Made by a program: the position numbers and the translations under genes
NCBI GenBank assembly: GCA_044353885.1
Contig: JBILBC010000001.1
Coordinates: forward strand, 2,544-66,543
DNA length: 64,000 bases
Direction of reading: 5' to 3'
Origin: Candidatus Planktophila sp.
Lineage (GTDB): Bacteria; Actinomycetota; Actinomycetes; Nanopelagicales; Nanopelagicaceae
In this document: positions 20,206 to 30,316 of the stretch, in pieces
Layout of the letters: each line of letters starts with the position of its first letter
How positions within the stretch are numbered: the first letter of the stretch is position 1
The notes under the pieces: model-generated
The model's database searches: none
The model's input: only the letters and a program-made list of their open reading frames with translations
What the model was told of the DNA's origin: nothing

Positions 20206-20655
20206 ATGAAGCGCGATCTCGCTCACGACCTCTTTCAAAGTTATAAGACGGGATTTACTAAGAAGAAGAAAGTTATTGAAGAGCGCAGCCAGACACCAGG
20301 AGATCCAACCCTTATTGCCAGCGTTTTAAGTGAGCTGATCCAGCAACGCGATTGGGATGAGGGACTTGCTGAAGGAACACTCTTTGCAACCTGGCCACAA
20401 GTAGTCGGCCCTGAGATTGGCCAACACACAACACCTTTATCAATGCTCGATGGACGCCTCTTGGTTCAGTGTTCATCGACTGCCTGGGCGACCCAACTCA
20501 ATCTTGTGGGGCCATCGCTGCTTGAGAAGATCCGATCCAGCGCACCGGGCGCCCTAGTGGAATCCCTAGATTTTATTGGCCCCCAGGCACCTTCCTGGAA
20601 GCGCGGTCTTCGCACCATCTCAAACGGGCGCGGGCCCCGCGATACCTACGGCTAG
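20206..20655 (+). CDS. dciA: DciA / DUF721 family protein
   Basis: W..VVG..I..HT.P, LVQCSSTAWATQL, GP.APSW..G; follows recF. Confidence 0.85.
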   Translation: MKRDLAHDLFQSYKTGFTKKKKVIEERSQTPGDPTLIASVLSELIQQRDWDEGLAEGTLFATWPQVVGPEIGQHTTPLSMLDGRLLVQCSSTAWATQLNLVGPSLLEKIRSSAPGALVESLDFIGPQAPSWKRGLRTISNGRGPRDTYG

Positions 20656-20694
20656 GGAATAAAGCTCTCCCACCTGCTGTTCAACTCTATGAAA

Positions 20695-20738
20695 CCTGAG
20701 TCGACTCGACTCAACTCTTTGCGTAGACTCGACTCAGG
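20695..20738. promoter_or_regulatory. Two tandem HAIR (HspR-associated inverted repeat) operators
   Basis: CCTGAGT-N7-ACTCAAC (20695-20715) and TTTGCGT-N7-ACTCAGG (20718-20738) versus consensus CTTGAGT-N7-ACTCAAG; upstream of a dnaK operon that ends in hspR. Confidence 0.85.
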
Positions 20739-20817
20739 TTACAAAAGCCCCTCAAAAAGGCAGCCTCGACCCAGATCGGCTCGAGAGATCAACATTTCTA
20801 TAGAAGGAGCAAGATAA

Positions 20818-22650
20818 ATGGCTAGAGCAGTCGGAATCGACCTAGGAACAACAAATAGCTGCGTATCAGTACTCGAAGGTGGAGAACCAACGGTTATTGC
20901 AAATGCAGAAGGCGCTCGCACAACCCCATCGATTGTGGCATTTGCTAAGAACGGTGAAGTTCTTGTCGGTGAAGTTGCAAAGCGTCAATCAGTAACGAAC
21001 GTTGATCGCACAATCCGTTCGGTAAAGCGCCACATGGGTACTAACTGGTCGATGGATATCGACGGTAAAAAGTACACCGCACAAGAAATTTCAGCACGTG
21101 TATTGCAAAAACTTAAGCGCGATGCAGAGGCATACCTCGGTGAGACAGTCACAGATGCTGTCATTACTGTTCCTGCCTACTTCAATGATGCACAGCGCCA
21201 AGCAACAAAAGAAGCTGGCGAAATCGCTGGCCTTAATGTTCTTCGTATTATCAACGAGCCAACCGCTGCAGCTCTTGCATACGGTCTTGATAAGGCAGAT
21301 CAAGAACAGACAATCCTTGTATTCGACCTCGGTGGTGGAACATTTGACGTCTCACTTCTTGAAATCGGTGATGGTGTTGTTGAAGTAAAGGCAACCAATG
21401 GCGATAACAACCTTGGTGGAGATGACTGGGATCAATCACTTGTTGATCACTTAGTTAAGACATTCGGATCTGCAAATGGCATTGACCTGACAAAAGATAA
21501 GATGGCGATGCAGCGTATTCGTGAAGCAGCAGAAAAGGCGAAGATTGAACTCTCATCTTCACAATCGGCCACAATTAACTTGCCATACATCACAGTTGAT
21601 TCAGATAAGAACCCATTGTTCTTGGATGAAACGATTACTCGTGCACAGTTCCAGTCACTGACTGCAGATCTACTTGAGCGATGCAAGAAGCCATTCCAAG
21701 CTGTTTTAAAGGATGCTGGAATTCCTATTGCAAATATTCAATCAGTTGTTCTTGTTGGTGGATCTACTCGTATGCCAGCTGTCGTTGACCTAGTTCGCGA
21801 ACTTACAGGCGGAAAAGAGCCTAATAAAGGCGTTAACCCTGATGAGGTAGTTGCAGTTGGTGCATCTCTTCAAGCTGGTGTTCTTAAGGGTGAAGTAAAA
21901 GATGTATTACTCCTTGATGTGACACCACTGTCACTTGGTATTGAAACCAAGGGTGGAGTGATGACAAAGTTAATCGAGCGCAACACAACTATTCCCACAA
22001 AGCGTTCAGAGATTTTCACAACTGCTGATGACAATCAACCAGCTGTGCAGATCCAGGCCTACCAAGGTGAGCGCGAGATGGCTGCATATAACAAGAAGCT
22101 CGGCATGTTTGAGCTCACTGGAATTGCACCAGCTCCACGTGGAGTCCCACAAGTTGAAGTGACATTTGATATCGATGCAAACGGAATCGTTCACGTCTCT
22201 GCAAAGGATCTTGCAACAGGTAAAGAGCAAGGAATGACCATCACTGGTGGTTCTGCTCTATCTAAGGATGAGATTGCACAGATGATGGCAGATGCTGAAG
22301 CACACGCTAATGAAGATAAGCAGCGTCGTGAAGAAGCAGAAATCCGTAACACGGGAGATTCACTTGTCTACCAGACAGAGAAGTTCTTAACAGAGAATGC
22401 AGATAAGTTCACCGAAGGTGAAGCTGCAACGAAGAAGGCAGAGCTGGATGAAGCTCTTGCTCTTCTTAAGACAGATCTCGGTGGAGCAAACTTCGAGTCA
22501 ATTAAGACAAATACTGAAAAGGTTTCAACCATCTCACAGGCACTGGGTGCAATGATGTATGCAAATGCATCAGCGCAAGCAGAAGGTGCTGCAGGTTCTG
22601 AAGATCATGTTGAAGATGCTGAAGTAATCGACGCTGAAGAAGCTAACTAA
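20818..22650 (+). CDS. dnaK: Chaperone DnaK
   Basis: [33 protein letters not shown]. Confidence 0.99.
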   Translation: MARAVGIDLGTTNSCVSVLEGGEPTVIANAEGARTTPSIVAFAKNGEVLVGEVAKRQSVTNVDRTIRSVKRHMGTNWSMDIDGKKYTAQEISARVLQKLKRDAEAYLGETVTDAVITVPAYFNDAQRQATKEAGEIAGLNVLRIINEPTAAALAYGLDKADQEQTILVFDLGGGTFDVSLLEIGDGVVEVKATNGDNNLGGDDWDQSLVDHLVKTFGSANGIDLTKDKMAMQRIREAAEKAKIELSSSQSATINLPYITVDSDKNPLFLDETITRAQFQSLTADLLERCKKPFQAVLKDAGIPIANIQSVVLVGGSTRMPAVVDLVRELTGGKEPNKGVNPDEVVAVGASLQAGVLKGEVKDVLLLDVTPLSLGIETKGGVMTKLIERNTTIPTKRSEIFTTADDNQPAVQIQAYQGEREMAAYNKKLGMFELTGIAPAPRGVPQVEVTFDIDANGIVHVSAKDLATGKEQGMTITGGSALSKDEIAQMMADAEAHANEDKQRREEAEIRNTGDSLVYQTEKFLTENADKFTEGEAATKKAELDEALALLKTDLGGANFESIKTNTEKVSTISQALGAMMYANASAQAEGAAGSEDHVEDAEVIDAEEAN

Positions 22651-23144
22651 TGTCAGATACAACAGATCAAGTTGTCGATGAGACAACACCTGTTGTTGAA
22701 GAAGTTGTGGAGGCTGCACTGGAGCAAGAGATTGATCCGGTTGCAGCGCTCACAGCTGATTTACAACGACTTCAGGCTGAATATGCCAACTACCGAAAGC
22801 GTGTAGAGCGCGATCGCGCAGTTGCCCATGAGATGGCTATTGGTTCAGTACTTACTGAGCTACTAGCAATCCTTGACGATATTGATCGCGCCGCAGAACA
22901 TAATGAACTCACCGGTGGCTTCAAGGCCGTTGCAGATCAGATGGCTGCCATCACCAATCGTTTTGGTCTTGAGAAATACGGTACTGAAGGCGATGCCTTT
23001 GACCCACAGATTCATGAGGCGTTACTGCATGACACATCCAGTGATGTAACAGTGCCAACTGCATCAAAGATTTTGCAGCCTGGATATAAATTTAAGGAAC
23101 GCATCTTGCGCCCAGCACGCGTTGCGGTAACGGATCCCGAATAA
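22650..23144 (+). CDS. grpE: Nucleotide exchange factor GrpE
   Basis: RLQAEYANYRKR, FDPQIHEA, GYKFKERILRPARV. Confidence 0.97.
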   Translation: MSDTTDQVVDETTPVVEEVVEAALEQEIDPVAALTADLQRLQAEYANYRKRVERDRAVAHEMAIGSVLTELLAILDDIDRAAEHNELTGGFKAVADQMAAITNRFGLEKYGTEGDAFDPQIHEALLHDTSSDVTVPTASKILQPGYKFKERILRPARVAVTDPE

Positions 23145-23147
23145 AAA

Positions 23148-24074
23148 ATGGCCGCTAAAGACCTGTATGAGAAGGATTTCTACAAGATCCTCGGTGTGGA
23201 TAAGAAAGCATCTGCCGATGAGATTAAGAAGAAGTACCGCTCTTTAGCGCGCGATCTACATCCTGATAAGAACCAAGGCGATAGTACGTTAGAAGATAAA
23301 TTCAAAGCAGTCTCTGAGGCTTATGACATCCTCTCTGATTCTAAAAAGCGCGCTGAATACGATGAAGCTCGCTCCTACTTTGAACGTGGTGGATTTCGAG
23401 CACCACAAGGTGGTGGACAGAACTTCCAAGGTGGAGATTTCTCAGACATCTTCGGTGGCGGAAACCCACAAGATATCTTTGCAAATCTCTTTGGTGGAGG
23501 CGGCCGTCGCGGTCCTCGCAAAGGAAGTGACTTACAGACAGAGGCCACCATTACATTTAAAGAATCTGTCTATGGCACAACTCTTGATTTGAAACTCAAC
23601 ACTGACGGTAATGGACCACAGAGTATCTCTGCTCGCGTTCCAGCAGGTGTGAATGACGGCGCAAAGATTCGCGTGAAAGGAAAAGGAGCACCAGGGGAAG
23701 CTGGACCTGGAGATCTCTTCATTGAGCTGACAGTAAAGCCCCACGCTGCTTTCTCACGTAAGGGTGAAAACTTGTTATTAACTCTCCCTGTTACATTTGC
23801 AGAAGCTGCATTAGGTGCAGACATTAAAGTGCCAACACTTTCAGGCGATGATGTCACTGTGCGCTTAGCTGGTGGAACCCCAACAGGTCGCGTGCTGCGC
23901 GTTAAAGGTCGCGGCATTAAAAAGGGTGCAGTTATTGGAGATTTACTAGTCACAGTTGAAGTGCAAGTACCACGCCGCGTTGAAGGAAAGGCAGAAGATG
24001 CCATTAAGGCATTTGCTTTAGCCACTGCAGATCACGATATCCGTGCAGAGTTTGTCATGAAGGCAAAGTCATGA
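23148..24074 (+). CDS. dnaJ: DnaJ co-chaperone lacking the zinc-finger domain
   Basis: J domain with HPD, G/F region and C-terminal domains; no cysteine in 308 aa. Confidence 0.93.
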   Translation: MAAKDLYEKDFYKILGVDKKASADEIKKKYRSLARDLHPDKNQGDSTLEDKFKAVSEAYDILSDSKKRAEYDEARSYFERGGFRAPQGGGQNFQGGDFSDIFGGGNPQDIFANLFGGGGRRGPRKGSDLQTEATITFKESVYGTTLDLKLNTDGNGPQSISARVPAGVNDGAKIRVKGKGAPGEAGPGDLFIELTVKPHAAFSRKGENLLLTLPVTFAEAALGADIKVPTLSGDDVTVRLAGGTPTGRVLRVKGRGIKKGAVIGDLLVTVEVQVPRRVEGKAEDAIKAFALATADHDIRAEFVMKAKS

Positions 24075-24466
24075 CAAAAGATTTGCCACACGAGGATCAC
24101 CCCGATGATGATGCGGGGCTATATGTAATTTCAGTTGCCGCAGAGCTTTCTGGACTGCACCCGCAGACTCTTCGTCAATATGATCGTTTAGGTTTGGTCT
24201 CCCCTGATCGCACAATAGGGCGCAATCGTCGTTACTCACTTCGCGATATTGCATCGTTGCGTATGGTGCAGCGCCTAGTCGGTGAAGGAATTAATCACGC
24301 AGGAATCAAACGCATCATTGAGTTAGAGGCGGCGATGGCAAATATGGCTGTTGAAGTTGCCAAGCTACGTATTGAAGTGGATGCACTCCTTATTGAAAAT
24401 CCACCAAAAGGATTGGCAACACGGAAGAAATCAGATGTCATCATTTACAGAGAAGAAGATAAGTAG
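24071..24466 (+). CDS. hspR: Heat-shock repressor HspR (MerR family)
   Basis: YVISVAAELSGLHPQTLRQYDRLGL, RRYS..D, EGINHAGIKRI; last gene of the dnaK operon. Confidence 0.95.
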   Translation: MTKDLPHEDHPDDDAGLYVISVAAELSGLHPQTLRQYDRLGLVSPDRTIGRNRRYSLRDIASLRMVQRLVGEGINHAGIKRIIELEAAMANMAVEVAKLRIEVDALLIENPPKGLATRKKSDVIIYREEDK

Positions 24467-24481
24467 AGATAAGGTCACCCA

Positions 24482-25015
24482 ATGAGCGCACGCGAGAATC
24501 TAAAGAACGAGATAGTGAAGAAGGCTGTTGTCCACGGCAAAGTTATTTTGTCTTCAGGCAAAGAGGCTGACTACTACGTCGACCTACGCCGCGTGACACT
24601 CGATCACATTGCAGCCCCACTTGTTGGTGAAGTAATGCTTGAACTCACCAAAGATCTTGATTATGAGGCAGTTGGTGGGCTCACACTCGGCGCAGATCCA
24701 GTAGCCACTGCGATGATGCATGTTGCAGCATCTAAGGGTCGCGCTATTGATTCTTTTGTAGTTCGCAAAGCAGAGAAAGCTCACGGTCTTCAACGCCGCA
24801 TTGAAGGCCCTGATGTGAAAGGAAAGAAAGTCCTTGCAGTGGAAGACACCTCAACAACAGGTGGTTCAGTCCTCACCGCAGTCGAAGCTTTGATTGAAGC
24901 TGGCGCAATCATTGTGGGAGTTGCCGTCATTGTTGAGCGCGGTGCAAAGCAGGCAATCCTTGATGCAGGTTATAAGTATTACGCGGCCTACTCACCTGAA
25001 GATTTAGGTCTATAA
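24482..25015 (+). CDS. pyrE: Orotate phosphoribosyltransferase
   Basis: LSSGKEADYYVD, VRKAEKAHG, PRPP loop VEDTSTTGGS. Confidence 0.95.
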   Translation: MSARENLKNEIVKKAVVHGKVILSSGKEADYYVDLRRVTLDHIAAPLVGEVMLELTKDLDYEAVGGLTLGADPVATAMMHVAASKGRAIDSFVVRKAEKAHGLQRRIEGPDVKGKKVLAVEDTSTTGGSVLTAVEALIEAGAIIVGVAVIVERGAKQAILDAGYKYYAAYSPEDLGL

Positions 25016-25018
25016 ACC

Positions 25019-25669
25019 TTAAGAGTGGTGCTTTCGAGTACTCCACTCGCGGAAGAATTCGATTGCTACAGGAATAACGCTCACAATAATAATGAGCCCC
25101 ACAACAGGCAGTAGGTATCTATCTACTGATCCTTCAAGCCTCTCACCCAATAAATAACCAAGACCAATAATTCCTTGCGTCCAGATGATGGCACCGAGCA
25201 CATTCCAGAAGAAGAACTTCTTCACTGGAATGCCAACAACACCGGCTAATGGATTAATCAAGGTTCGAACAAAAGGAATGAAGCGAGCTAGAACAAGTGC
25301 TTTACCTGTTCCATACTTATTGAGCCACTTCTCAGTTGCAGCAACCTTTGATTGAGTGAAGAAGCGTCCATCAGGGCGGTTAAACAACTTTCTCCCATAA
25401 GTGGCACCAAACCAATAGCCAACCTGTGAACCAAGAATTGCTGCAATGGGCGCCCCAATAAAGAGAACAACGGGGTTAAGAGATGCTGCACCTAAAATTG
25501 CAGCACCTGAACCAGATGCCGCAACACCTGCAATGAAAAGAAGTGAATCGCCAGGAAAAGCTAAGCCAACTAATAATCCAGTTTCGGCAAAGATGATGGC
25601 AAGAATGCCGATAAGGCCAAGATCGCCAACGATGGAATGTGCATCAAAGAGGTTTGCAGCAAAGTTCAT
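25019..25669 (-). CDS. DedA/VTT family membrane protein
   Basis: FAETGLL, FPGDSLLF, YG..ALVLARFIPFVRT. Confidence 0.92.
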   Translation of the reverse strand: MNFAANLFDAHSIVGDLGLIGILAIIFAETGLLVGLAFPGDSLLFIAGVAASGSGAAILGAASLNPVVLFIGAPIAAILGSQVGYWFGATYGRKLFNRPDGRFFTQSKVAATEKWLNKYGTGKALVLARFIPFVRTLINPLAGVVGIPVKKFFFWNVLGAIIWTQGIIGLGYLLGERLEGSVDRYLLPVVGLIIIVSVIPVAIEFFREWSTRKHHS

Positions 25670-25692
25670 ACCGTTGAGGATAGAGGATGAAA

Positions 25693-26694
25693 CTAGATTT
25701 TTGCAGTTGTCTCGCGCACAACAAGGCTTGTAGGCACAATAATATTCTTACGCTCGTGTGCCGGGTTTGTAATCTCAGCAATCACAGCAGCTGCAGCCAT
25801 CTGACCTTCAAATTGTGGAGGCTGAGCCACTGTTGTTAAACCGATGTATTGCGCAATCTCGTGATCATCAAAACCAATCACAGACATATCTTCAGGAACA
25901 CGCAAACCCTTCTTACGTATTGCTTTTAAGGCGCCAAAGGCCATCTCATCAGAGTGACAGAAGATGGCGCTAGGTAATTTCTTGCGGCCTAGAAAAGAGT
26001 CCATCGCAATTTCAGATGTGTAGATATTGAAATCTCCACGGATTTCAAGCTCTGGATTCCATTCAACACCGACAGCATTGAGCATTTCAACATATCCAAT
26101 GGTTCTATGTTCTGAGACAACAAAGTTATATGCAGTCTCACGTTGACCAGAAAGAATCGCAATCTCGCGGTGTCCTAAATCAGTCAAATGTTTTGTTGCA
26201 ATACGGCCACCTGAAAGATCATCGATAGAGACCGAACTACACCCCTCATGAGAAAAACCAATTGTTGTAATGGGGATTCCTAAACTTAAAAGCGCTGTGA
26301 ACTCTTCATCGGTAGGCGGCATGCTGACCACGATGATGGCATCAACTTTTCCTCGTAGCTTCTTCTGCTGGAAGATTCTCTGGCGCGCATCAACTTGCGA
26401 GAAGTTAAAGAGAAGTAGATCCATCCCCACTTCGCGCAAGCTCTGCTCAATGCCGTTAATTGCTTGAGAGAAGAACCAACGAGAGATATAAGGAGCTATC
26501 ACACCCACTCTGTTCGTTCTCTTAACTAAACCTTCCGGAATAAGATCAGGACGCAACGGATAATTAAGTTCCATTGCAGCAGCAACAATCTTTGAACGAG
26601 TACTTTCATTCACGTGATTCATTCCGCGCAGTGCGCGAGAGACAGTGGCAGGAGAGACGCCAGCCTTCTTGGCGATCTCAACGACTCCGCTCAT
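25693..26694 (-). CDS. LacI-family transcriptional regulator
   Basis: HTH VEIAKKAGVSPATVSRAL, AIFCHSDEMAFG, SVIGFDD. Start set at ATG 26694 with a G-rich SD. Confidence 0.95.
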   Translation of the reverse strand: MSGVVEIAKKAGVSPATVSRALRGMNHVNESTRSKIVAAAMELNYPLRPDLIPEGLVKRTNRVGVIAPYISRWFFSQAINGIEQSLREVGMDLLLFNFSQVDARQRIFQQKKLRGKVDAIIVVSMPPTDEEFTALLSLGIPITTIGFSHEGCSSVSIDDLSGGRIATKHLTDLGHREIAILSGQRETAYNFVVSEHRTIGYVEMLNAVGVEWNPELEIRGDFNIYTSEIAMDSFLGRKKLPSAIFCHSDEMAFGALKAIRKKGLRVPEDMSVIGFDDHEIAQYIGLTTVAQPPQFEGQMAAAAVIAEITNPAHERKNIIVPTSLVVRETTAKI

Positions 26695-26941
26695 GGCCAA
26701 TCCCCCCCTGAAAATTTCTGCAAAACCTCTGCAAAAGGTACTCCGCAAGGCTCATTTTTGATAGAGCGTGGGGTGATAGGCGAGCGTGGAAAGTAGTGCG
26801 TAACGCTCTTTATAACACTTTCATCACGTAGGGCCTTTGAAATAGCAACACGCAAAGCGTGGGTAATACCGTTGCCCCACGTTCAGGGCCTTCTGGGTTC
26901 TCCAGTTGGTCTTAACAACCCTCAATAGAAAAGGTACCCAC

Positions 26942-28240
26942 ATGCTAAAGAAAAAGGGTCTACTTGTTGGAACTGCAGTTGCAGTTCTTTCACTCGTAGC
27001 AACTACTTTCACAGCAACATCAGCATCAGCTGCTGGCTGTGACGAATATTCAAAGTGGAAGGGCACAGGAACAGTAAAGATTTTCGCTGGTATCCGTGAT
27101 CCTGAAGCATCAGTTATGGAAAAGATTTTCGCTGAGTTCACAAAGTGCACAGGCATCAAGATTGCTTACGAAGGCACAGACCAGTTCGAAACTCTTCTTC
27201 CAGTACGCGTTAAGGGCGGAAACGCACCTGACCTCGCAATCATTCCTCAACCAGGTCTAGTAGCAACAATGGTTGCAACAGGTAAGGCTGTTCCAATTTC
27301 AGCTGCAACTCGTTCAAACCTAACTAACTACTACAACCCAGCTTGGGCATCATTTACAACAATCAACGGACGTATCTACGGTGCACCATTTGGCGCATCA
27401 TCGAAGTCACTTGTTTGGTACTCACCAGCACAGTTCAAGAAGCTTGGCGTAACAATTCCTGACACATGGAAGGAAATGGAAGCAATCGCTACCAAGTTTG
27501 AAAAGGCTGGAGCTAACCCATGGTGTGCTGGTATTGAATCAGGCGCAGCAACAGGTTGGCCAGCAACTGACTGGATCGAGCAGATGGTTCTCCGCGAGCA
27601 GGGTCCAAAGAAGTACAACCAGTGGTGGCAAGGCAAGCTCAAGTTCTCATCACCAGAAATTCTTGGTGCAATGAACAAGGTAGCTGCTTGGCTCGGAACT
27701 AAGGACCAGGTCGGTGACCTCAAGTCAGTAGCAACACGTAAGTTCCAGGATGCAGGCGTTCCAGGACTCAAGGCAGGAACTTGCGGCATGTTGCAGCAGG
27801 CTTCTTTCTACTCATCAATGTACCCAGCAGGAACCACATTCGGTCCTTCAGGTGATGCTGATGCGTTCTATCTCCCACCAACAAACTCTAAGTTTGGTAA
27901 GCCAATCATGGGCGGCGGAGAGTTCCCAGTTGCATTCTCAAAGAAGAAGGAAGTTGGATTCGTCCAGGATTACCTATCTTCACCTGTATACGGCATTGAG
28001 CGCGCAAAGGCAGGCGGATGGACATCAGCTAACACTGGTATTCCTCTATCAAACTACTCAGATCCAGTTCTTAAGGTTGTGGCAGCACAGCTTCAGAACA
28101 AGTCTGGCGCAATCGTGTTCGACGCATCTGACTTGATGCCAACTGCTGTTAACGGTGCTTTCTGGAAGGAAATGACCAAGTTCTACGCAGAAGGTAAGTC
28201 AATGAAGGATGTTGCTGCAGGAATTGACGCTAACTGGTAA
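26942..28240 (+). CDS. Sugar ABC transporter substrate-binding protein (AglE/GgtB-like)
   Basis: Signal peptide; PDLAIIPQPG, PWCAGIESGAATGWPATDWIE. ATG 26942 with SD GAAAAGG. Confidence 0.85.
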   Translation: MLKKKGLLVGTAVAVLSLVATTFTATSASAAGCDEYSKWKGTGTVKIFAGIRDPEASVMEKIFAEFTKCTGIKIAYEGTDQFETLLPVRVKGGNAPDLAIIPQPGLVATMVATGKAVPISAATRSNLTNYYNPAWASFTTINGRIYGAPFGASSKSLVWYSPAQFKKLGVTIPDTWKEMEAIATKFEKAGANPWCAGIESGAATGWPATDWIEQMVLREQGPKKYNQWWQGKLKFSSPEILGAMNKVAAWLGTKDQVGDLKSVATRKFQDAGVPGLKAGTCGMLQQASFYSSMYPAGTTFGPSGDADAFYLPPTNSKFGKPIMGGGEFPVAFSKKKEVGFVQDYLSSPVYGIERAKAGGWTSANTGIPLSNYSDPVLKVVAAQLQNKSGAIVFDASDLMPTAVNGAFWKEMTKFYAEGKSMKDVAAGIDANW

Positions 28241-28270
28241 TTAATTACCAACTAGCTCTACAGCAGTAAG

Positions 28271-28317
28271 AAGTAATGATGCCGGGGTCCACTCCTTGTG
28301 GGCCCCGGTATTTACTT
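28271..28317 (+). terminator. Stem-loop after the SBP gene (terminator or mRNA-stabilising hairpin)
   Basis: ATGCCGGGGTCCAC-TCCTT-GTGGGCCCCGGTAT, extended by AAGTAA/TTACTT. Confidence 0.7.
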
Positions 28318-28385
28318 AGATAATGTCCCCCGCATCTAGTTATTAGTTTTTTATTTAATGCACTCACAGAAAGGAAGAATCTTAA

Positions 28386-29372
28386 ATGATCACATGGTCA
28401 AGTTTTCTTGAGTCTTCCTTTCCAAAGATTCTTCAGATCCTTGCTGTGCTCGCGATCTTCTTCGGTTTCTACGGAATCGCATTTGCAGCTGGAGCACGCA
28501 TCCAAGGCAAGAAGCAAAACATTCTTGCGCTCTCACTCTTCTTAGTTCCAGCAATCATCCTTGCGATGACCGGTCTTGGAATTCCAGCAGTACAAACATT
28601 TATCGAATCATTTAAAAACGCGGACTCTTCCAAGTGGGTTGGTCTTGCCAACTACACACGCGCTGTGAAAGACCCAGATATTCTCCTTGCTTTCCGCAAC
28701 ACCATGGCCTGGGTGATTATCTCCCCACTGGTTGCTACATCCCTTGGCTTAGCACTTGCAACCATGCTCAATAAGATGAAGCGCGAAGCGCTAGCTAAAT
28801 CACTGATCTTTATGCCGATGGCAATCTCATTTGTGGGTGGCTCACTGATCTGGAACTTGATGTATCAATATCAAGAGCCCAACATGAACCAGACCGGTCT
28901 TGTTGGTCAGGTTATGAAATCACTCGGTATTCCCTTGCAGCATCTGCTCTTGTGGTATCCGTGGAACAACCTCCTACTTATGGTCGTCTATATCTGGGGC
29001 TTCACAGGTTTCGGTATGGTTATTTTGTCTGCTGCCATTAAAAATATCCCGCAAGATATTGAAGAGGCAGCTCAGCTAGATGGTGCTTCAGGTTTTCGCC
29101 TATTTCGCACAGTCACAGTGCCGATGGTCAAGACAACCATCATCGTGGTCCTCACCACCGCAATGGTTGGCACGCTCAAGCTCTTTGATGTTATCCACAC
29201 AATGACAGGTGGAAACTTTAAGACTGACGTTCTCTCCAACCGCATGTTTGATGAGCACTTCGTCTATCTCAACAATGGTCGCGGATCAGCCCTTGCGATG
29301 CTTATCTTCTTAGGCGTATTGCCGATTACCTATTACAACATCCGCTCTATTCGCGCAGAACGGAAGCACTAA
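28386..29372 (+). CDS. Carbohydrate ABC transporter permease (MalF-like)
   Basis: GLANY, EAA loop IEEAAQLDGAS, LKLFD. Confidence 0.93.
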   Translation: MITWSSFLESSFPKILQILAVLAIFFGFYGIAFAAGARIQGKKQNILALSLFLVPAIILAMTGLGIPAVQTFIESFKNADSSKWVGLANYTRAVKDPDILLAFRNTMAWVIISPLVATSLGLALATMLNKMKREALAKSLIFMPMAISFVGGSLIWNLMYQYQEPNMNQTGLVGQVMKSLGIPLQHLLLWYPWNNLLLMVVYIWGFTGFGMVILSAAIKNIPQDIEEAAQLDGASGFRLFRTVTVPMVKTTIIVVLTTAMVGTLKLFDVIHTMTGGNFKTDVLSNRMFDEHFVYLNNGRGSALAMLIFLGVLPITYYNIRSIRAERKH

Positions 29373-29374
29373 CC

Positions 29375-30316
29375 ATGGCAAAGCTAACTGTGAAGAAGAA
29401 TAAGCCACTTCTTGCTCCAACGAGCTCGAAGCCATTCACATCACCTATTGCATCAGCTGTCGTCACAGTCATTGCATTGCTTTGGACTGTTCCAACTCTT
29501 GGCCTTGTTGTTACATCATTTCGCACCAAGGAAGACATTCTCTCCTCTGGTTGGTGGACTTCATTTACCAATCCATCATTTACCTTAGATAACTTCCGTG
29601 CAGTATTGCTCACAGGTGGTGGATCACTCGGTTCAGAGGGAATGATTCCTTTTGCAGTGAACTCACTTGCAATCACAATTCCTGCTGTAGTTCTCTCGGT
29701 TGGCTTTGGACTGATGGCTGCCTATGCACTTGCCTGGATCCCATTCCGCTTTAGTAACCACGTCTTCTATGGCCTCTTTGCACTGCAAGGTGTTCCACTG
29801 CAGTTATCACTCCTGCCACTACTCACATTCTTTGCAACAGGTGTTCAGCTCTTTGGAGTTCAAATCCTTCCACCACTCGGAATTGTGGGATCCCTCGCCG
29901 CAGTCTGGTTCCCACACGTGATGTTTGGTCTTCCTCTTGTTACCTACTTACTTCACAACTTTGTTTCAGCCCTTCCAAGAGAGCTTCTTGAGGCAGCGCG
30001 CGTTGATGGAGCAAATCACTTTGAAGTATTTCGCAAGATTGTTCTCCCGCTCTCACTTCCAGCAATTGCATCTATCTCAATCTTCCAATTCCTATGGATC
30101 TGGAATGACCTGCTTGTAGCACTTGTATTTGCTGGTGGCACAGATGATGTTGCACCGTTAACACTTCACCTTGCAAACCTTGGTGGATCACTGGGCTCTA
30201 AGTGGGAGAACGTAGCCCCTGCTGCGCTCTTCTCAATCATCATTCCTTTGATCGTCTTCTTCTCACTCCAGCGCTACTTCGTGCGCGGACTCCTTGCAGG
30301 TTCTGTTAAGAGCTAA
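29375..30316 (+). CDS. Carbohydrate ABC transporter permease (MalG-like)
   Basis: EAA loop LLEAARVDGAN, FLWIWNDL, LQRYFVRGL. Confidence 0.93.
   Translation: MAKLTVKKNKPLLAPTSSKPFTSPIASAVVTVIALLWTVPTLGLVVTSFRTKEDILSSGWWTSFTNPSFTLDNFRAVLLTGGGSLGSEGMIPFAVNSLAITIPAVVLSVGFGLMAAYALAWIPFRFSNHVFYGLFALQGVPLQLSLLPLLTFFATGVQLFGVQILPPLGIVGSLAAVWFPHVMFGLPLVTYLLHNFVSALPRELLEAARVDGANHFEVFRKIVLPLSLPAIASISIFQFLWIWNDLLVALVFAGGTDDVAPLTLHLANLGGSLGSKWENVAPAALFSIIIPLIVFFSLQRYFVRGLLAGSVKS

Noticed and set aside
26606-26621. Additional parS-like CACGTG site in lacI (and a weaker one near 51488)
   Set aside because: Only 12/16 or fewer matches to consensus.
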